From Candidatus Saccharimonadota bacterium (lineage in GTDB: Bacteria > Patescibacteriota > Saccharimonadia > Saccharimonadales > Saccharimonadaceae), in NCBI GenBank assembly GCA_017514045.1, contig JAFWLS010000024.1:14705-78704 (forward strand): 64,000 nt of DNA, in the 5' to 3' direction. Below the pieces are notes generated by a model. It saw only the letters and a program-made list of their open reading frames with translations. It searched no databases and was not told the DNA's origin. Below, piece by piece: positions 8,653 through 18,951 of this stretch. Each line of letters begins with the position of its first letter. Position 1 is the stretch's first letter. The position numbers and the translations under genes were made by a program.

Positions 8653-9192
8653 ATGAGGAAGCAGTTAAACCCAGAAAAGTCCAGGAAGCTTCGCCCGTTG
8701 CGTGTGGTGTTGGCAATACTAATTGCAATCCTCATAGTTTTAGTACTCGATCGTCTCCCGACTTCTGTTAAAGATCGCCCCACTAGTGATGGCAACACTT
8801 CATCCGGCCAACCAGCTCCGGAAGGCTCAAGTTATTATTATTTTTATGGTTTTCTGGACATTTTAGAAGAACAAACAGGAGATAGACTAAAAGAGCTTGG
8901 AGTCTCCGAAGAGGATTATCAGAACATTTCTGAACATATGTCTAAAGAGGAAATAAATGAGCTAGAAGCAAAGATTATGTTAGCTTCAAAAATTGACAAC
9001 ATTTATGTTCTTTCCGACGATGATAGCCTAGCTGTGCTTAGACAAATCTTTAAGCTTTCCGACGAATATTCTTTCGAAAAATACATACGACCATATGCTA
9101 CTCCGAACGAATATAAGGACCTTGCCGATTTATTGGCCGAATACCATCAAGACATAAATACCGTAGAAGATTACGACGCTCAGTCAGAATAA
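8653..9192 (+). CDS. hypothetical single-pass membrane protein
   Basis: MRKQLNPEKSRKLRPLRVVLAILIAILIVLVL is a TM anchor. SD-like gaggaag lies upstream. The TTG 8602 extension would span the promoter. Confidence 0.55.
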   Translation: MRKQLNPEKSRKLRPLRVVLAILIAILIVLVLDRLPTSVKDRPTSDGNTSSGQPAPEGSSYYYFYGFLDILEEQTGDRLKELGVSEEDYQNISEHMSKEEINELEAKIMLASKIDNIYVLSDDDSLAVLRQIFKLSDEYSFEKYIRPYATPNEYKDLADLLAEYHQDINTVEDYDAQSE

Positions 9193-9271
9193 ACAAAACC
9201 AATTCTTTCGGCAAGTTTTTTGTGATAAAATTAAACTAAAGCGTTATTTTGTTTTTAGAAGAAAGGAAACT

Positions 9272-10711
9272 ATGGACAACAATCCAACCCCCGACTCCGC
9301 GCCAACACCAGCGCCGGAGCCAACACCAATACCAAACTCAGGCCCGGTCTCGAATCCCGAACCAGCCATGGAGCCAGCGTCGGAGCCAACATCGACACCG
9401 GTCATAGAACCTCAACCTATTGATTCCGCTACTAGCGCTTCTGCTGACGAAACGGCGCCCATAGTGAATCCTTCGGCACCTAATGCCGCAGAAGATGTCG
9501 CCGTTGCTCCGGCACAAGGTAAGAAAAAAATATCTGGTGCATTAATTGGCGTCATCGTAGGTGTCGGTGTGCTTCTTCTTGGCGCTATAGTCCTCCTCGT
9601 TCTGCACTTTACTGCCTCTACGCCAGACAAAATTTTAAATTCTGCCGTAGAAGGACTTCTTAACCAAAAGGACATATCCTTTAACGCTTCTATAGAACAA
9701 AGCAACGGGGAGGAAAGCATGAATTACCTCGTGAGCGTTTACGCAAAAGAAGGAGACGCGGCATACATACGCGTCTCTGGGATAAGTGAGATTTTCAAAA
9801 AGCTCCTTTCGGCCCTCGAGACAGACGTTAGCAACGAATATACTAACGAGGTGAGCGAGATGGAGAATGCTCTAAATGAGCTAGAAAATAACTGGTGGAA
9901 AATTAAAACCGACGATGTTTCAGATAGTTCTTTACCATCCGAACTTAGCGGTATCAATCTCGCTAGTTTAGTCAAAGCTGCAGAAACATACAAAAAATAT
10001 CCTTTCTTGACTGCGCAAAAGACTAGTGGTACCTATAATACTTCGGGAACTCCATATACGTTATCTATTGATAAGGCGAAATACGATACTTTTAGATCGG
10101 CGCTCAATGATGGTTCGACCAATACGGCTTTGCCCGATATCTCTAACATCGATAGTGAAGCTACGAAGCCTATTGTCACCATCATCGGCTCATTCTTTGG
10201 TGAGGGCACACTTACTGGTATCTATCTAAATAGCGAAGATGAATCGTCTAGTACAAAGATTACTATAGATTTCGAACACGCCACTAAGACTGCACCGGCA
10301 GATGCTAAAGATTTCTCGGAAATGCAAAAAATGCTAACCGAGCTCATCGGAGGCTCTTCTTCGTCTGATGATGCTGATTCTGAGCGCCGTAATGACTACG
10401 CACTACTAGCCACCAGCATAACTAATTATATGACTAGCAACAACGGCAATCTTCCGCCAGTCGGAAAACTTGATGCGACAAAATATATCAATGCTACTGG
10501 TAACGACCCGGAAGGCAAACCATACGATGTCGAGTTGGTTGATTATGCATCAGAATACGATATCGAGACATCGACTTATTCCGCCGAAATACCGGTATAT
10601 GTCGTATGGCATGCTAGCTGCCGAGGCAATGAACTAATCGACTCTGAATCGGATCACGCGTTCGCCATTTATGGCTCTCTGGACGGTGGCGCGTATTGCT
10701 CTGCCAACTAG
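9272..10711 (+). CDS. membrane protein with Pro-rich N-terminus, one TM and a C-terminal type-IV-pilin-like head domain
   Basis: SD gaaagga upstream. TM at ISGALIGVIVGVGVLLLGAIVLLVL. The last ~108 aa align with the mature part of the pilin at 18352-18879. Confidence 0.7.
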   Translation: MDNNPTPDSAPTPAPEPTPIPNSGPVSNPEPAMEPASEPTSTPVIEPQPIDSATSASADETAPIVNPSAPNAAEDVAVAPAQGKKKISGALIGVIVGVGVLLLGAIVLLVLHFTASTPDKILNSAVEGLLNQKDISFNASIEQSNGEESMNYLVSVYAKEGDAAYIRVSGISEIFKKLLSALETDVSNEYTNEVSEMENALNELENNWWKIKTDDVSDSSLPSELSGINLASLVKAAETYKKYPFLTAQKTSGTYNTSGTPYTLSIDKAKYDTFRSALNDGSTNTALPDISNIDSEATKPIVTIIGSFFGEGTLTGIYLNSEDESSSTKITIDFEHATKTAPADAKDFSEMQKMLTELIGGSSSSDDADSERRNDYALLATSITNYMTSNNGNLPPVGKLDATKYINATGNDPEGKPYDVELVDYASEYDIETSTYSAEIPVYVVWHASCRGNELIDSESDHAFAIYGSLDGGAYCSAN

Positions 10712-10734
10712 TAGCCCTAAGCCTATAAATATTA

Positions 10735-10740
10735 TATAAT
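10735..10740 (+). promoter_or_regulatory. -10 box TATAAT, 7 nt before the uvrC ATG (leaderless layout)
   Basis: TATAAT, then atactcc, then ATG 10748. Confidence 0.4.
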
Positions 10741-10747
10741 ATACTCC

Positions 10748-12031
10748 ATGAACGAGACGCTAAAGAAAAAGCTGAAAACGTTGCCTTCCAATCCTGGAGT
10801 ATATTTTCATAAAAACAAAGCAGGAGAAATAATCTACGTTGGTAAAGCGGCCGTACTTAAGAATCGAGTACGCCAGTATTTTCAGAACCCCAAAGACCGA
10901 GACCTTAAAACTAGCGCCTTAGTTGAAGAAATATTCATGACTGACTGGATCGTGGTTGATACTGAGATGGACGCCCTGTTTCTTGAAAGTGAAATGATAA
11001 AGCGCTATATGCCAAAGTGGAATATCCTCCTTCGCGATGATAAAAATGTATCTTTCATCCGCATCGATCTTAAAAGCGAAATACCGTATGTTTCTATTAC
11101 TAGAAATCCGCTCGGTGATGATGCGCGGTATATTGGCCCATTTTATGCTAAAACTACAATCGCGACGGCTTTGAGGATCCTTCGCAAAATCTTCCCATAT
11201 TACGATAGGCCATATACTGGAAAAAAGACTCTAGAGACTGACTTAGGTTTAACTCCTGGCATAGAAGTCGGTAAGATGACACCTAAGGACTACCATAAGA
11301 CATTGAATTCTTTGATTCGTTATCTCGAAGGTGATCGGGAAAAACTCTTAAGAGATCTTGAAAAAGAAATGAAAGAAGAGTCGAAGAAGGGTAATTACGA
11401 ACGCGCGGCTGAGCTTAGAAATGAGCTATTTGGGCTCAAAGGCCTCAAGAAAAAAATAGTCTTCTCCGATAAGGAATTTCTTGATATATCCTCCGACCAA
11501 GCTCTGCAAGAACTTCAACGATTGCTCCATCTACCCACACCACCACGCCGTATTGAGGGGTATGATATTTCTCATCAATCTGGTCAAGATGTTGTCGCGT
11601 CCATGGTAGTGTTCACAAACGGTGTTTCCGATCGGTCAGAATACCGCAAGTTCAAGCTAAAAACCCAGCAAAATAACGACACGGCCAGCCTGAAAGAAGT
11701 CATCTCAAGACGTCTCAAGCATTCCGCATGGGATTATCCGGATCTGATTGTTTTGGACGGTGGCGAAGCACAAGTTGCGGCCATCCTCCCGCTTCTGGAG
11801 CACGTAAAAGAAGGTTCTACTATTCCGGTCATTGGTCGTGACAAATCTGGCGCACACTCCAAATCATCCATCGTCAAAATTACCGTACCAACTACGAACG
11901 GGTTCCACACAATAGAGCTTCCGGGCGACTCTCATGTCTCTCGGCTAATAGCACGAATAGACGAAGAAGCGCATCGCTTTGCTATAACATATCATACACT
12001 ATTAAAGCGCAAACGACAGCTCGGCAAGTAA
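10748..12031 (+). CDS. uvrC: excinuclease ABC subunit C, short form (427 aa)
   Basis: GIY-YIG N-terminus (PGVYFHKNKAGEIIYVGKA...LKNRVRQYF), UVR-like helix (YERAAELRNELFGLKGL) and endonuclease core (IEGYDISHQSG...VVF). Confidence 0.85.
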   Translation: MNETLKKKLKTLPSNPGVYFHKNKAGEIIYVGKAAVLKNRVRQYFQNPKDRDLKTSALVEEIFMTDWIVVDTEMDALFLESEMIKRYMPKWNILLRDDKNVSFIRIDLKSEIPYVSITRNPLGDDARYIGPFYAKTTIATALRILRKIFPYYDRPYTGKKTLETDLGLTPGIEVGKMTPKDYHKTLNSLIRYLEGDREKLLRDLEKEMKEESKKGNYERAAELRNELFGLKGLKKKIVFSDKEFLDISSDQALQELQRLLHLPTPPRRIEGYDISHQSGQDVVASMVVFTNGVSDRSEYRKFKLKTQQNNDTASLKEVISRRLKHSAWDYPDLIVLDGGEAQVAAILPLLEHVKEGSTIPVIGRDKSGAHSKSSIVKITVPTTNGFHTIELPGDSHVSRLIARIDEEAHRFAITYHTLLKRKRQLGK

Positions 12032-12075
12032 AGACACTTGTCATCTGCGCCAAAATCACCTATAATAGAACTATT

Positions 12076-12297
12076 ATGATTTCTGTATTTCAAACTGCAA
12101 TTATCGTTTCTGCCGTCCTAGTTATTCTACTAATTCTTCTACAACAGCGTGGGGCATCTCTAGGTGCAGGCCTTGGCGGTACGGGTGAGCTTTTCACTAC
12201 TCGCCGTGGTCTTGATAAGTCACTATTCAACGCTACAATTATCTTCGTAGTCATATTTGTTCTGTCAATTCTGGGGCTATTATTAATTCCAGCATAA
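12076..12297 (+). CDS. secG: preprotein translocase subunit SecG
   Basis: 73 aa with two TM segments flanking a Gly-rich loop (LLQQRGASLGAGLGGTGELF), the SecG pattern. Confidence 0.7.
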   Translation: MISVFQTAIIVSAVLVILLILLQQRGASLGAGLGGTGELFTTRRGLDKSLFNATIIFVVIFVLSILGLLLIPA

Positions 12298-12298
12298 T

Positions 12299-14026
12299 AT
12301 GAAACTATTTTCGAAAAAGCGTGGGCAAAAAGCAATTAAGAAGTTTTCTCGTCTATCCGAAGATGCAGTAATTTCTGGTGAAGCTCATATCAAGAAGAAT
12401 TTTTTTCGTCGATTATCGCACATTAGCGATGTGCGTCTTTTTGTTCTAGAATGGGGACTCCTGGTCTTTGCGCTATTCATGCTTGCGCTCACACAGAGTT
12501 TTTGGTTTAACGATTCTTATTCTGTTGCTAGCTTTGTCAAAGGTGGTACTTATACCGAAGCTACTCTTGGAAAAGTCAGCTCCCTAAATCCACTCTTTGC
12601 CACTACCAATAGCGAAAAAACACTTTCGAAGCTTATGTTCCTTGGCCTCACTGCTTCAGATTCTTCTGGGCATATTGGCAATGTTCTTGCTAAATCGGTC
12701 ACATCAGACGACAGCGCTAAAGTCTGGACAGTCAAACTCAAAGAGAATCTCAAGTGGTCAGACGGGGAACCGCTTACCGCCGAAGATGTAGTGTTCACAG
12801 CTAGGCTTATTAGCGGGCTCGGCCAAGTATCTTCCTACTACTCCAATCTAAACAATGTTAACGTCAAAATAAACGAGGAAGGCAATCTCGTTTTTGAATT
12901 ACCTGCAGTTTACTCAGAGTTTGCCTCTGCGCTTGATTTCCCAATCCTGCCAAAACATGCCCTGGAAGATGCTGACTCAATGACGCTTCTGGAATCTAGT
13001 TTTTCCACAAATCCAATCGCTTCAGGTCCGTTTAGCTACAACGCTCAACAAGCGGTTGGGACTAGTGGTGAGTCCATAATCTATTTAACAGCTAACCCGA
13101 ACTACTACAAGGGATCACCCAAGATTGACAGTTTTGTCGTTCACGCTTATCTAACTACCGACGATATCAAAACAGCTATTGCTAATGGTGCCGTCTCGGC
13201 CACGGCTGAACTTCTGCCAACTGATGCCGACGAAGTGACTTCACGTACAGTTTATGAAAAACAAACCGCCATCAATTCGGGTGTTTATCTTTTCATGAAC
13301 ACAAAATCTGGTGTATTTAAGAATCGTGATGTCCGCAAGGCGGTCCAAACAGGTCTCGATATTTCTGAAATTCGCTCCCTGATTGGCGACGAGCTCCCAC
13401 TTGACTACCCAATTCTTAAATCTCAACTTGAGCTAGCCAACTGGCCGTCGCTACCAGCGCGTAATTTTGAAAGTGCAAAAGCCACTGTTTCAAAGCTAGA
13501 AAAGAAGACTGTTAGTCTTGTGACCATCTCGTCAGGCTATTTCCCGACAATTTTAGAAGACGTTGCCGAGCAGCTCGAGAGCCTCGGCTTTGAAGTCATT
13601 CGCTCAATAGAAGAGCCAGGACAAGACTTCTTAGTTAATACCATTGCGAATCGCAATTACGATATGCTGATTTACGAAATAGAGCTTGGCGCAAACCCGG
13701 ACCTTTTAGTTTATTATCATTCGTCCCAAGCCACTCAAAACGGGCTAAACCTATCCAACTACAATAATTCCGTTGCCGACGATCTCATTATTTCCGCACG
13801 TGAAACCACCGACGAGGGGACGAAAAAGCAGAAATACGAGACATTCTTGAGTCGCTGGATCGACGATGTGCCATCCATAGGACTATATCAAGTCAATCTC
13901 AGCTATTACTTCGATAAGAACGTTAAACCATTTTCCGAAGATACTTCATTAGTTGTTGCAACAGATCGTTTTGCCGACGTCCGCTTCTGGGGAGTCGAAA
14001 AAGTTATTCGTAATCGCACGCCATAA
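12299..14026 (+). CDS. ABC transporter substrate-binding protein, family 5 (peptide/nickel type), membrane-anchored
   Basis: N-terminal TM, then SBP_bac_5-like motifs (KWSDGEPLTAEDVVFT, ANPNYYKG). No cognate permease is adjacent. Confidence 0.75.
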   Translation: MKLFSKKRGQKAIKKFSRLSEDAVISGEAHIKKNFFRRLSHISDVRLFVLEWGLLVFALFMLALTQSFWFNDSYSVASFVKGGTYTEATLGKVSSLNPLFATTNSEKTLSKLMFLGLTASDSSGHIGNVLAKSVTSDDSAKVWTVKLKENLKWSDGEPLTAEDVVFTARLISGLGQVSSYYSNLNNVNVKINEEGNLVFELPAVYSEFASALDFPILPKHALEDADSMTLLESSFSTNPIASGPFSYNAQQAVGTSGESIIYLTANPNYYKGSPKIDSFVVHAYLTTDDIKTAIANGAVSATAELLPTDADEVTSRTVYEKQTAINSGVYLFMNTKSGVFKNRDVRKAVQTGLDISEIRSLIGDELPLDYPILKSQLELANWPSLPARNFESAKATVSKLEKKTVSLVTISSGYFPTILEDVAEQLESLGFEVIRSIEEPGQDFLVNTIANRNYDMLIYEIELGANPDLLVYYHSSQATQNGLNLSNYNNSVADDLIISARETTDEGTKKQKYETFLSRWIDDVPSIGLYQVNLSYYFDKNVKPFSEDTSLVVATDRFADVRFWGVEKVIRNRTP

Positions 14027-14041
14027 AATTGCAACAAAAAA

Positions 14042-14055
14042 ATACCCCGAAGGGT
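14042..14055 (-). terminator. hairpin terminator downstream of tRNA-Leu
   Basis: taccc-cgaa-gggta, followed on the minus strand by a T run. Confidence 0.5.
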
Positions 14056-14069
14056 AACATCTAACGAAA

Positions 14070-14159
14070 TTGGTGCGCCTGACTAGACTCGAACTAGCAC
14101 AGCACTAAAATGGCCACTACCACCTCAAGGTAGCGTGTCTACCAATTCCACCACAGGCG
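14070..14159 (-). tRNA. tRNA-Leu (anticodon GAG), long variable arm, CCA encoded
   Basis: Minus strand GCGCCTG...CTACC-TTGAGGT-GGTAG...GCTAG-TTCGAGT-CTAGT-CAGGCGC-A-CCA. Confidence 0.9.
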
Positions 14160-14282
14160 CATACGCTATTTCGTTTTTAAGATGCCATATTATTATACCA
14201 CACTTCATGCTTTTTGTACAAGAAAACGACCTTGCGCATAGAGCATAACCACTATATAATATACATATTAATAGGAGAGAGT

Positions 14283-16910
14283 GTGCTAGAGTTAAAGAAT
14301 ATCACAAAGGTCTACCAGACCGGTAGTTTTAAACAGAAAGCGCTCGACAATGTTTCGCTGACTTTTCGCGACAATGAATTTGCGAGCGTGTTGGGCCCAT
14401 CCGGATCAGGTAAAACCACTCTTCTTAATATCATTGGCGGACTTGATTCCTACACTAAGGGCGACCTTATCATCGATGGTATATCGACAAAAGAATTCAA
14501 AGACTCAGATTGGGACGCTTATAGGAATCACCGTATTGGCTTTGTCTTCCAAAGTTATAATTTAATATCTCACCAGACAGTTCTAAATAACGTCCGTCTT
14601 GCCCTTACTCTTTCTGGTATTTCCAAAAAAGAAGGTTCAATTCGAGCTCGGGCCGCACTGAAAGCCGTTGGGCTAGGCGATCATATGATGAAGCGTCCTG
14701 CCGAATTATCTGGTGGACAGATGCAACGAGTAGCTATTGCGCGCGCACTCGTCAATGATCCTGATATTCTCCTTGCTGATGAACCGACTGGCGCACTAGA
14801 CTCAGAGACTAGCGAACAAATCATGAAAATTCTAAAGAAAATATCCAAAACTCGTCTCGTCGTCATGGTTACACATAATCCCGAACTTGCCCGGGAATAT
14901 TCCACGCGTATTATCCGTCTTAAAGACGGTCAGATTACTTCCGACTCTCACGTCCATAATGGTAAAATGTTTAGAATTAGCGCCGAAGACGAAAAGAAGA
15001 AATCTAAGAAAACGCACATGTCGTTTAGGACCGCCTTAAGTCTTTCATTTAATAATCTGCTTACCAAAAAAGCTCGCACAATCCTCGTTTCTATTGCTGG
15101 CTCGATTGGAATTATCGGCATAGCATTAATACTCGCAGTCTCAACAGGGTTTCAAAACTATGTCGATTCGATAGAAAAAGATGTCCTCGTTTCTTATCCA
15201 TTGATGATTACTGAAGAATCCTTCTCGATGGCGAATCTTATGGCGGTAGGGATTCAAGGACGTCAAAGCTCAGAAAATTCGTCCGGAGAAGAGAAGGGTA
15301 AAGATGCGGTTGAGGTGCCGCTTCTCTCGGACACACTCAGATCTGTTGCCACCAACGATCTAAAACGATTCAAACAATACTACGAAGAGCATAAATCTGA
15401 GCTAGAAAACGACGTCAAGTCGTTGACTGTAGGATACGGTATCCAGCCAACTGTCTATACTATCGATGCTACGGGTACTCTAGCTAAACTTAACCCATTA
15501 GATACGTTTACAAACATGTTTAGCGGCAGTAATGATATTATCGCCAATTTTACAGGCAGCTCCATGTCGCTCTACCTACCGCTCACGAACGATATGGAGA
15601 CTCTAGAGAGTCAATATAAAGTCCTTTCCGGCCGTTGGCCAGAAGCTTACGATGAGGTTATCGTAAATCTTGGCTCTGAAGGTTCGATAAGTGACTTCTT
15701 CGCTTACGGACTAGGCCTTAAAGACACATCGGAGCTCGATTCGCTCGTTGCCAAGCTTATGGCGGGAGAATCATCGGATATTGAACACGACCCCATCAAA
15801 TTAGATTATCAAGACTTTCTAAACCTAGACCTTAGAGTAATCATTCCGAGCGATCTGTATAGATATAACGAAAAATATAGTGTTTACGAAGATATGTCTA
15901 GCGATGAGGAATTTCTCAAAAAAATTTACGACGAAAAATCCATTAAGCTGAAAGTTGTCGGCGTCATTACTGCTAAGGAAGGCATTACGGCTCAAGCTCT
16001 CGATCAAGGCGTTAATTACAACCCTGAGCTTATTAAAGAAATAATCAAACGTGCCAGTGAATCAACAGTCGTTAAAGAGCAAATCAGAGACGATGACATA
16101 GATGTTTTCTCTGGCGCAAAATTCGATCAACAAGAAGGCAAGTTAAACTACAAATTCTCCGACTTAATAACAGTAGACCAGACCAAACTAATGCAAGCTA
16201 TGATGGGGCAGGGAAACATGGACGACGCCTTCTCGCTCAACTTTACTGAAGACGAGCTCACTCGCGTGATCTCAGCTATTTCGTCTAACACCGAACGCGA
16301 CCAGAAATCAAATCTTCAGGCCCTTGGCTATCAAGATCTAGATGAGCCGTCGTCTTTGTGGTTTTACTTTTCAAGCTTCGATGGAAAAGAAAACTTCAAG
16401 AACTTTATCGAAAAATACAATAGTGAACACGAAAAAGACCAAGAAATAACTTACAGCGACATGACGGGCCTCCTCATGGATTCGGTTCGTACTATCGTTG
16501 ACGCCGTCAGTTATGTGCTGATCGCCTTCGTCTCCATATCGCTCGTAGTATCGTCGTTCATGATTGGTATTATCACCTATATTTCTGTCTATGAACGCAA
16601 GAAAGAAATTGGTATTCTACGCGCAATTGGTGCCTCAAAGCATAATGTTAGCAGCATCTTTAATGCAGAAACCTTCATTATTGGTCTGCTCGCTGGTTTA
16701 TTCGGAATCGGTATTTCTTACGGATTCATTCCAATTATTAATACAATACTCGCTCATGCTGCTGAGGGGGTTGATATACGTGCGGCACTTGATCCTATTT
16801 CGGCACTGCTCCTTGTTGGGCTCAGCATAGTTTTGACGCTTATTGGCGGATTAATCCCAGCCCGTTCTGCGTCTCATCATGACCCAGTTGAAGCTCTTCG
16901 TTCTGAATAA
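14283..16910 (+). CDS. MacB/FtsX-type fused ABC transporter (ATPase, large extracytoplasmic domain, FtsX permease)
   Basis: GTG 14283 follows SD taggagaga. Walker A GPSGSGKTT, signature LSGGQMQRVAIARAL, Walker B ILLADEPT. The C-terminal FtsX-like TM bundle ends ...PARSASHHDPVEALRSE. Confidence 0.85.
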   Translation: MLELKNITKVYQTGSFKQKALDNVSLTFRDNEFASVLGPSGSGKTTLLNIIGGLDSYTKGDLIIDGISTKEFKDSDWDAYRNHRIGFVFQSYNLISHQTVLNNVRLALTLSGISKKEGSIRARAALKAVGLGDHMMKRPAELSGGQMQRVAIARALVNDPDILLADEPTGALDSETSEQIMKILKKISKTRLVVMVTHNPELAREYSTRIIRLKDGQITSDSHVHNGKMFRISAEDEKKKSKKTHMSFRTALSLSFNNLLTKKARTILVSIAGSIGIIGIALILAVSTGFQNYVDSIEKDVLVSYPLMITEESFSMANLMAVGIQGRQSSENSSGEEKGKDAVEVPLLSDTLRSVATNDLKRFKQYYEEHKSELENDVKSLTVGYGIQPTVYTIDATGTLAKLNPLDTFTNMFSGSNDIIANFTGSSMSLYLPLTNDMETLESQYKVLSGRWPEAYDEVIVNLGSEGSISDFFAYGLGLKDTSELDSLVAKLMAGESSDIEHDPIKLDYQDFLNLDLRVIIPSDLYRYNEKYSVYEDMSSDEEFLKKIYDEKSIKLKVVGVITAKEGITAQALDQGVNYNPELIKEIIKRASESTVVKEQIRDDDIDVFSGAKFDQQEGKLNYKFSDLITVDQTKLMQAMMGQGNMDDAFSLNFTEDELTRVISAISSNTERDQKSNLQALGYQDLDEPSSLWFYFSSFDGKENFKNFIEKYNSEHEKDQEITYSDMTGLLMDSVRTIVDAVSYVLIAFVSISLVVSSFMIGIITYISVYERKKEIGILRAIGASKHNVSSIFNAETFIIGLLAGLFGIGISYGFIPIINTILAHAAEGVDIRAALDPISALLLVGLSIVLTLIGGLIPARSASHHDPVEALRSE

Positions 16911-17045
16911 AAAAAACAGCGCATTTTAGAAATTTTTACGCTTTACTTTATCGTGAAAATAATATAAAATAATACGGTAGAGTCTCCGGAGCTGGTTTTT
17001 ATTAGTGCTTCCGAGATAATTATAATAAAAAGGAGAAATTAACGA

Positions 17046-18230
17046 ATGGCAAATTTTGACCGTTCCAAGCCGCATATCAACGTCGGTACTATGGGTCACG
17101 TCGACCACGGTAAGACCACTTTGACTGCTGCGATTACTACCGTTTTGGCTAAGAAGCTTCCATCGGAAGTCAACAAACCTGTTGCTTACGATCAGATCGA
17201 TAACGCTCCTGAAGAGAAAGCTCGTGGTATTACCATCGCTACTTCTCACCAAGAGTACGAATCCGAGAAGCGCCACTACGCTCACGTCGACATGCCTGGC
17301 CACGCCGACTACATTAAAAACATGATTACCGGTGCCGCTCAGGTTGATGGTGCTATCCTCGTAGTTGCTGCTAACGATGGCCCACTTCCACAAACCCGCG
17401 AGCACGTCCTTCTTGCTCACCAGGTGAACGTTCCGAAGATCATCGTCTTCCTTAACAAAATGGATCTCGCCGACCCAGAACTCGTCGAACTCGTCGAGAT
17501 GGATGTCCGTGAGCTTTTGAACAAGTACGGCTTTGACGGCGACAACGCACCAATCATCAAGGGTTCCGCTACTAAGGCTCTTGAAGGTGATCCAGAGAAC
17601 GAACAAGCTATCATGGATCTCGTCAAGGCTATGGATGAATACTTCGATATCCCTGAACACGATCTCGATAAGCCATTCCTAATGCCAATCGAGGACGTCT
17701 TCTCTATCAAAGGCCGTGGTACTGTTGCTACCGGTCGTATCGAGCAAGGTGTTGTCAAGCTCAACGACGAAGTTGAAATCGTTGGTCTCAGAGAGACTCA
17801 AAAATCCGTCGTCACCGGCATCGAGGCCTTCCACAAGACTCTCGATCAAGGTCAAGCTGGCGATAACGCTGGTCTATTACTCCGCGGTATTGAGCGTGAA
17901 CAAATCGAACGTGGTCAGGTTATTGCTAAACCAGGTACCATCACTCCACACACCGAGTTTGAAGCTCAGGTTTACATCCTTAAGAAAGAGGAAGGTGGAC
18001 GCCACACTCCATTCGCTAAGGGTTACAAGCCACAGTTCTACTTCCGCACTACGGATGTTACCGGTGAAGTCGAACTTCCAGCCGACAAGGAAATTGTCAT
18101 GCCTGGCGATCAGGTTACCTTCAACGTCAAACTTCTTGCTCCAGTCGCTATGAACGAGCAAGACCGCTTCGCTATTCGCGAAGGTGGCAAGACTGTTGGT
18201 TCTGGTGTTATCACCAAAGTTATCAAGTAA
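17046..18230 (+). CDS. tuf: translation elongation factor Tu
   Basis: [22 protein letters not shown] and full-length EF-Tu similarity. SD aaaggag upstream. Confidence 0.98.
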   Translation: MANFDRSKPHINVGTMGHVDHGKTTLTAAITTVLAKKLPSEVNKPVAYDQIDNAPEEKARGITIATSHQEYESEKRHYAHVDMPGHADYIKNMITGAAQVDGAILVVAANDGPLPQTREHVLLAHQVNVPKIIVFLNKMDLADPELVELVEMDVRELLNKYGFDGDNAPIIKGSATKALEGDPENEQAIMDLVKAMDEYFDIPEHDLDKPFLMPIEDVFSIKGRGTVATGRIEQGVVKLNDEVEIVGLRETQKSVVTGIEAFHKTLDQGQAGDNAGLLLRGIEREQIERGQVIAKPGTITPHTEFEAQVYILKKEEGGRHTPFAKGYKPQFYFRTTDVTGEVELPADKEIVMPGDQVTFNVKLLAPVAMNEQDRFAIREGGKTVGSGVITKVIK

Positions 18231-18248
18231 GACTACTTGCTTAAAGAA

Positions 18249-18272
18249 TAACCCCGCAAGGGGTTATTTTTT
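18249..18272 (+). terminator. intrinsic terminator after tuf
   Basis: aacccc-gcaa-ggggtt followed by T6. Confidence 0.8.
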
Positions 18273-18351
18273 ATGCTTAAACCCTTGCATTATACTATAC
18301 AAGCTGTTATTATAAGGATAAGCATAAAATTAGAAAGGACTAAAAACTAAT

Positions 18352-18879
18352 ATGCAAGACATCAAATCTAAGAAGGGCTTCACCATTATCGAGGTCGTCT
18401 TGGTTCTCGCTATTGCGGGTCTCATCTTCCTCATGGTATTCATTGCGCTTCCAGCATTGCAGAGGAACCAACGCGATAGGCAGCGTACGAACGATTACTC
18501 GCTCCTCTCTACGAGTATGACAAACTATATAACCAGTAATAACGGCAAGTTGCCAATGTCGCTCACGGAAAATGATTCTAAAAAATACATCAACGAGAGC
18601 GGCCAAGACCCAAACGGGTTCACTTATAAACTAAAGATTGCCACTTGTACGGGCGACGGAACAAAGGTTGACGGTGTACCAACTACCAACTGTGTTTCCA
18701 ATCCAGCTATTACATTCACGCAAGCTACGCTTGATGCTGACACTGCGACTGAAGTCTATGTTGTCAAAAATGCTGGGTGTGACGCCGGATTTGTTACTTA
18801 CAAGAAATCCTCTCGCGCCTTTGCTATTTATGGACAGCTTGAATCGGGCAATGGCACTTACTGTAGTGCATCAAGCTAG
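18352..18879 (+). CDS. type IV pilin-like protein (prepilin-type N-terminal cleavage/methylation signal)
   Basis: MQDIKSKKG|FTIIEVVLVLAIAGLIFLMVF, with Gly at -1, Phe at +1 and Glu at +5. A possible promoter is TTGCAT (18285-18290), N17, then TATTAT. Confidence 0.8.
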   Translation: MQDIKSKKGFTIIEVVLVLAIAGLIFLMVFIALPALQRNQRDRQRTNDYSLLSTSMTNYITSNNGKLPMSLTENDSKKYINESGQDPNGFTYKLKIATCTGDGTKVDGVPTTNCVSNPAITFTQATLDADTATEVYVVKNAGCDAGFVTYKKSSRAFAIYGQLESGNGTYCSASS

Positions 18880-18913
18880 GATCCCTTTCTAATCCTTTAA
18901 ACTGCGTAAAGCA

Positions 18914-18939
18914 AAATCTCCCCGGTAGGGGAGATTTTT
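18914..18939. terminator. bidirectional intrinsic terminator between convergent genes
   Basis: aaatctcccc-ggta-ggggagattt flanked by A and T runs. Confidence 0.75.
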
Positions 18940-18951
18940 GATCACGCGAGT

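Noticed and set aside
16926-17660. 244-aa minus-strand ORF, plus the other ORFs at 17417-18161 that overlap tuf
   Set aside because: They lie entirely antisense or out of frame to an unambiguous EF-Tu gene. They have a low-complexity composition and no start signals. They are shadow ORFs of a strongly codon-biased gene.
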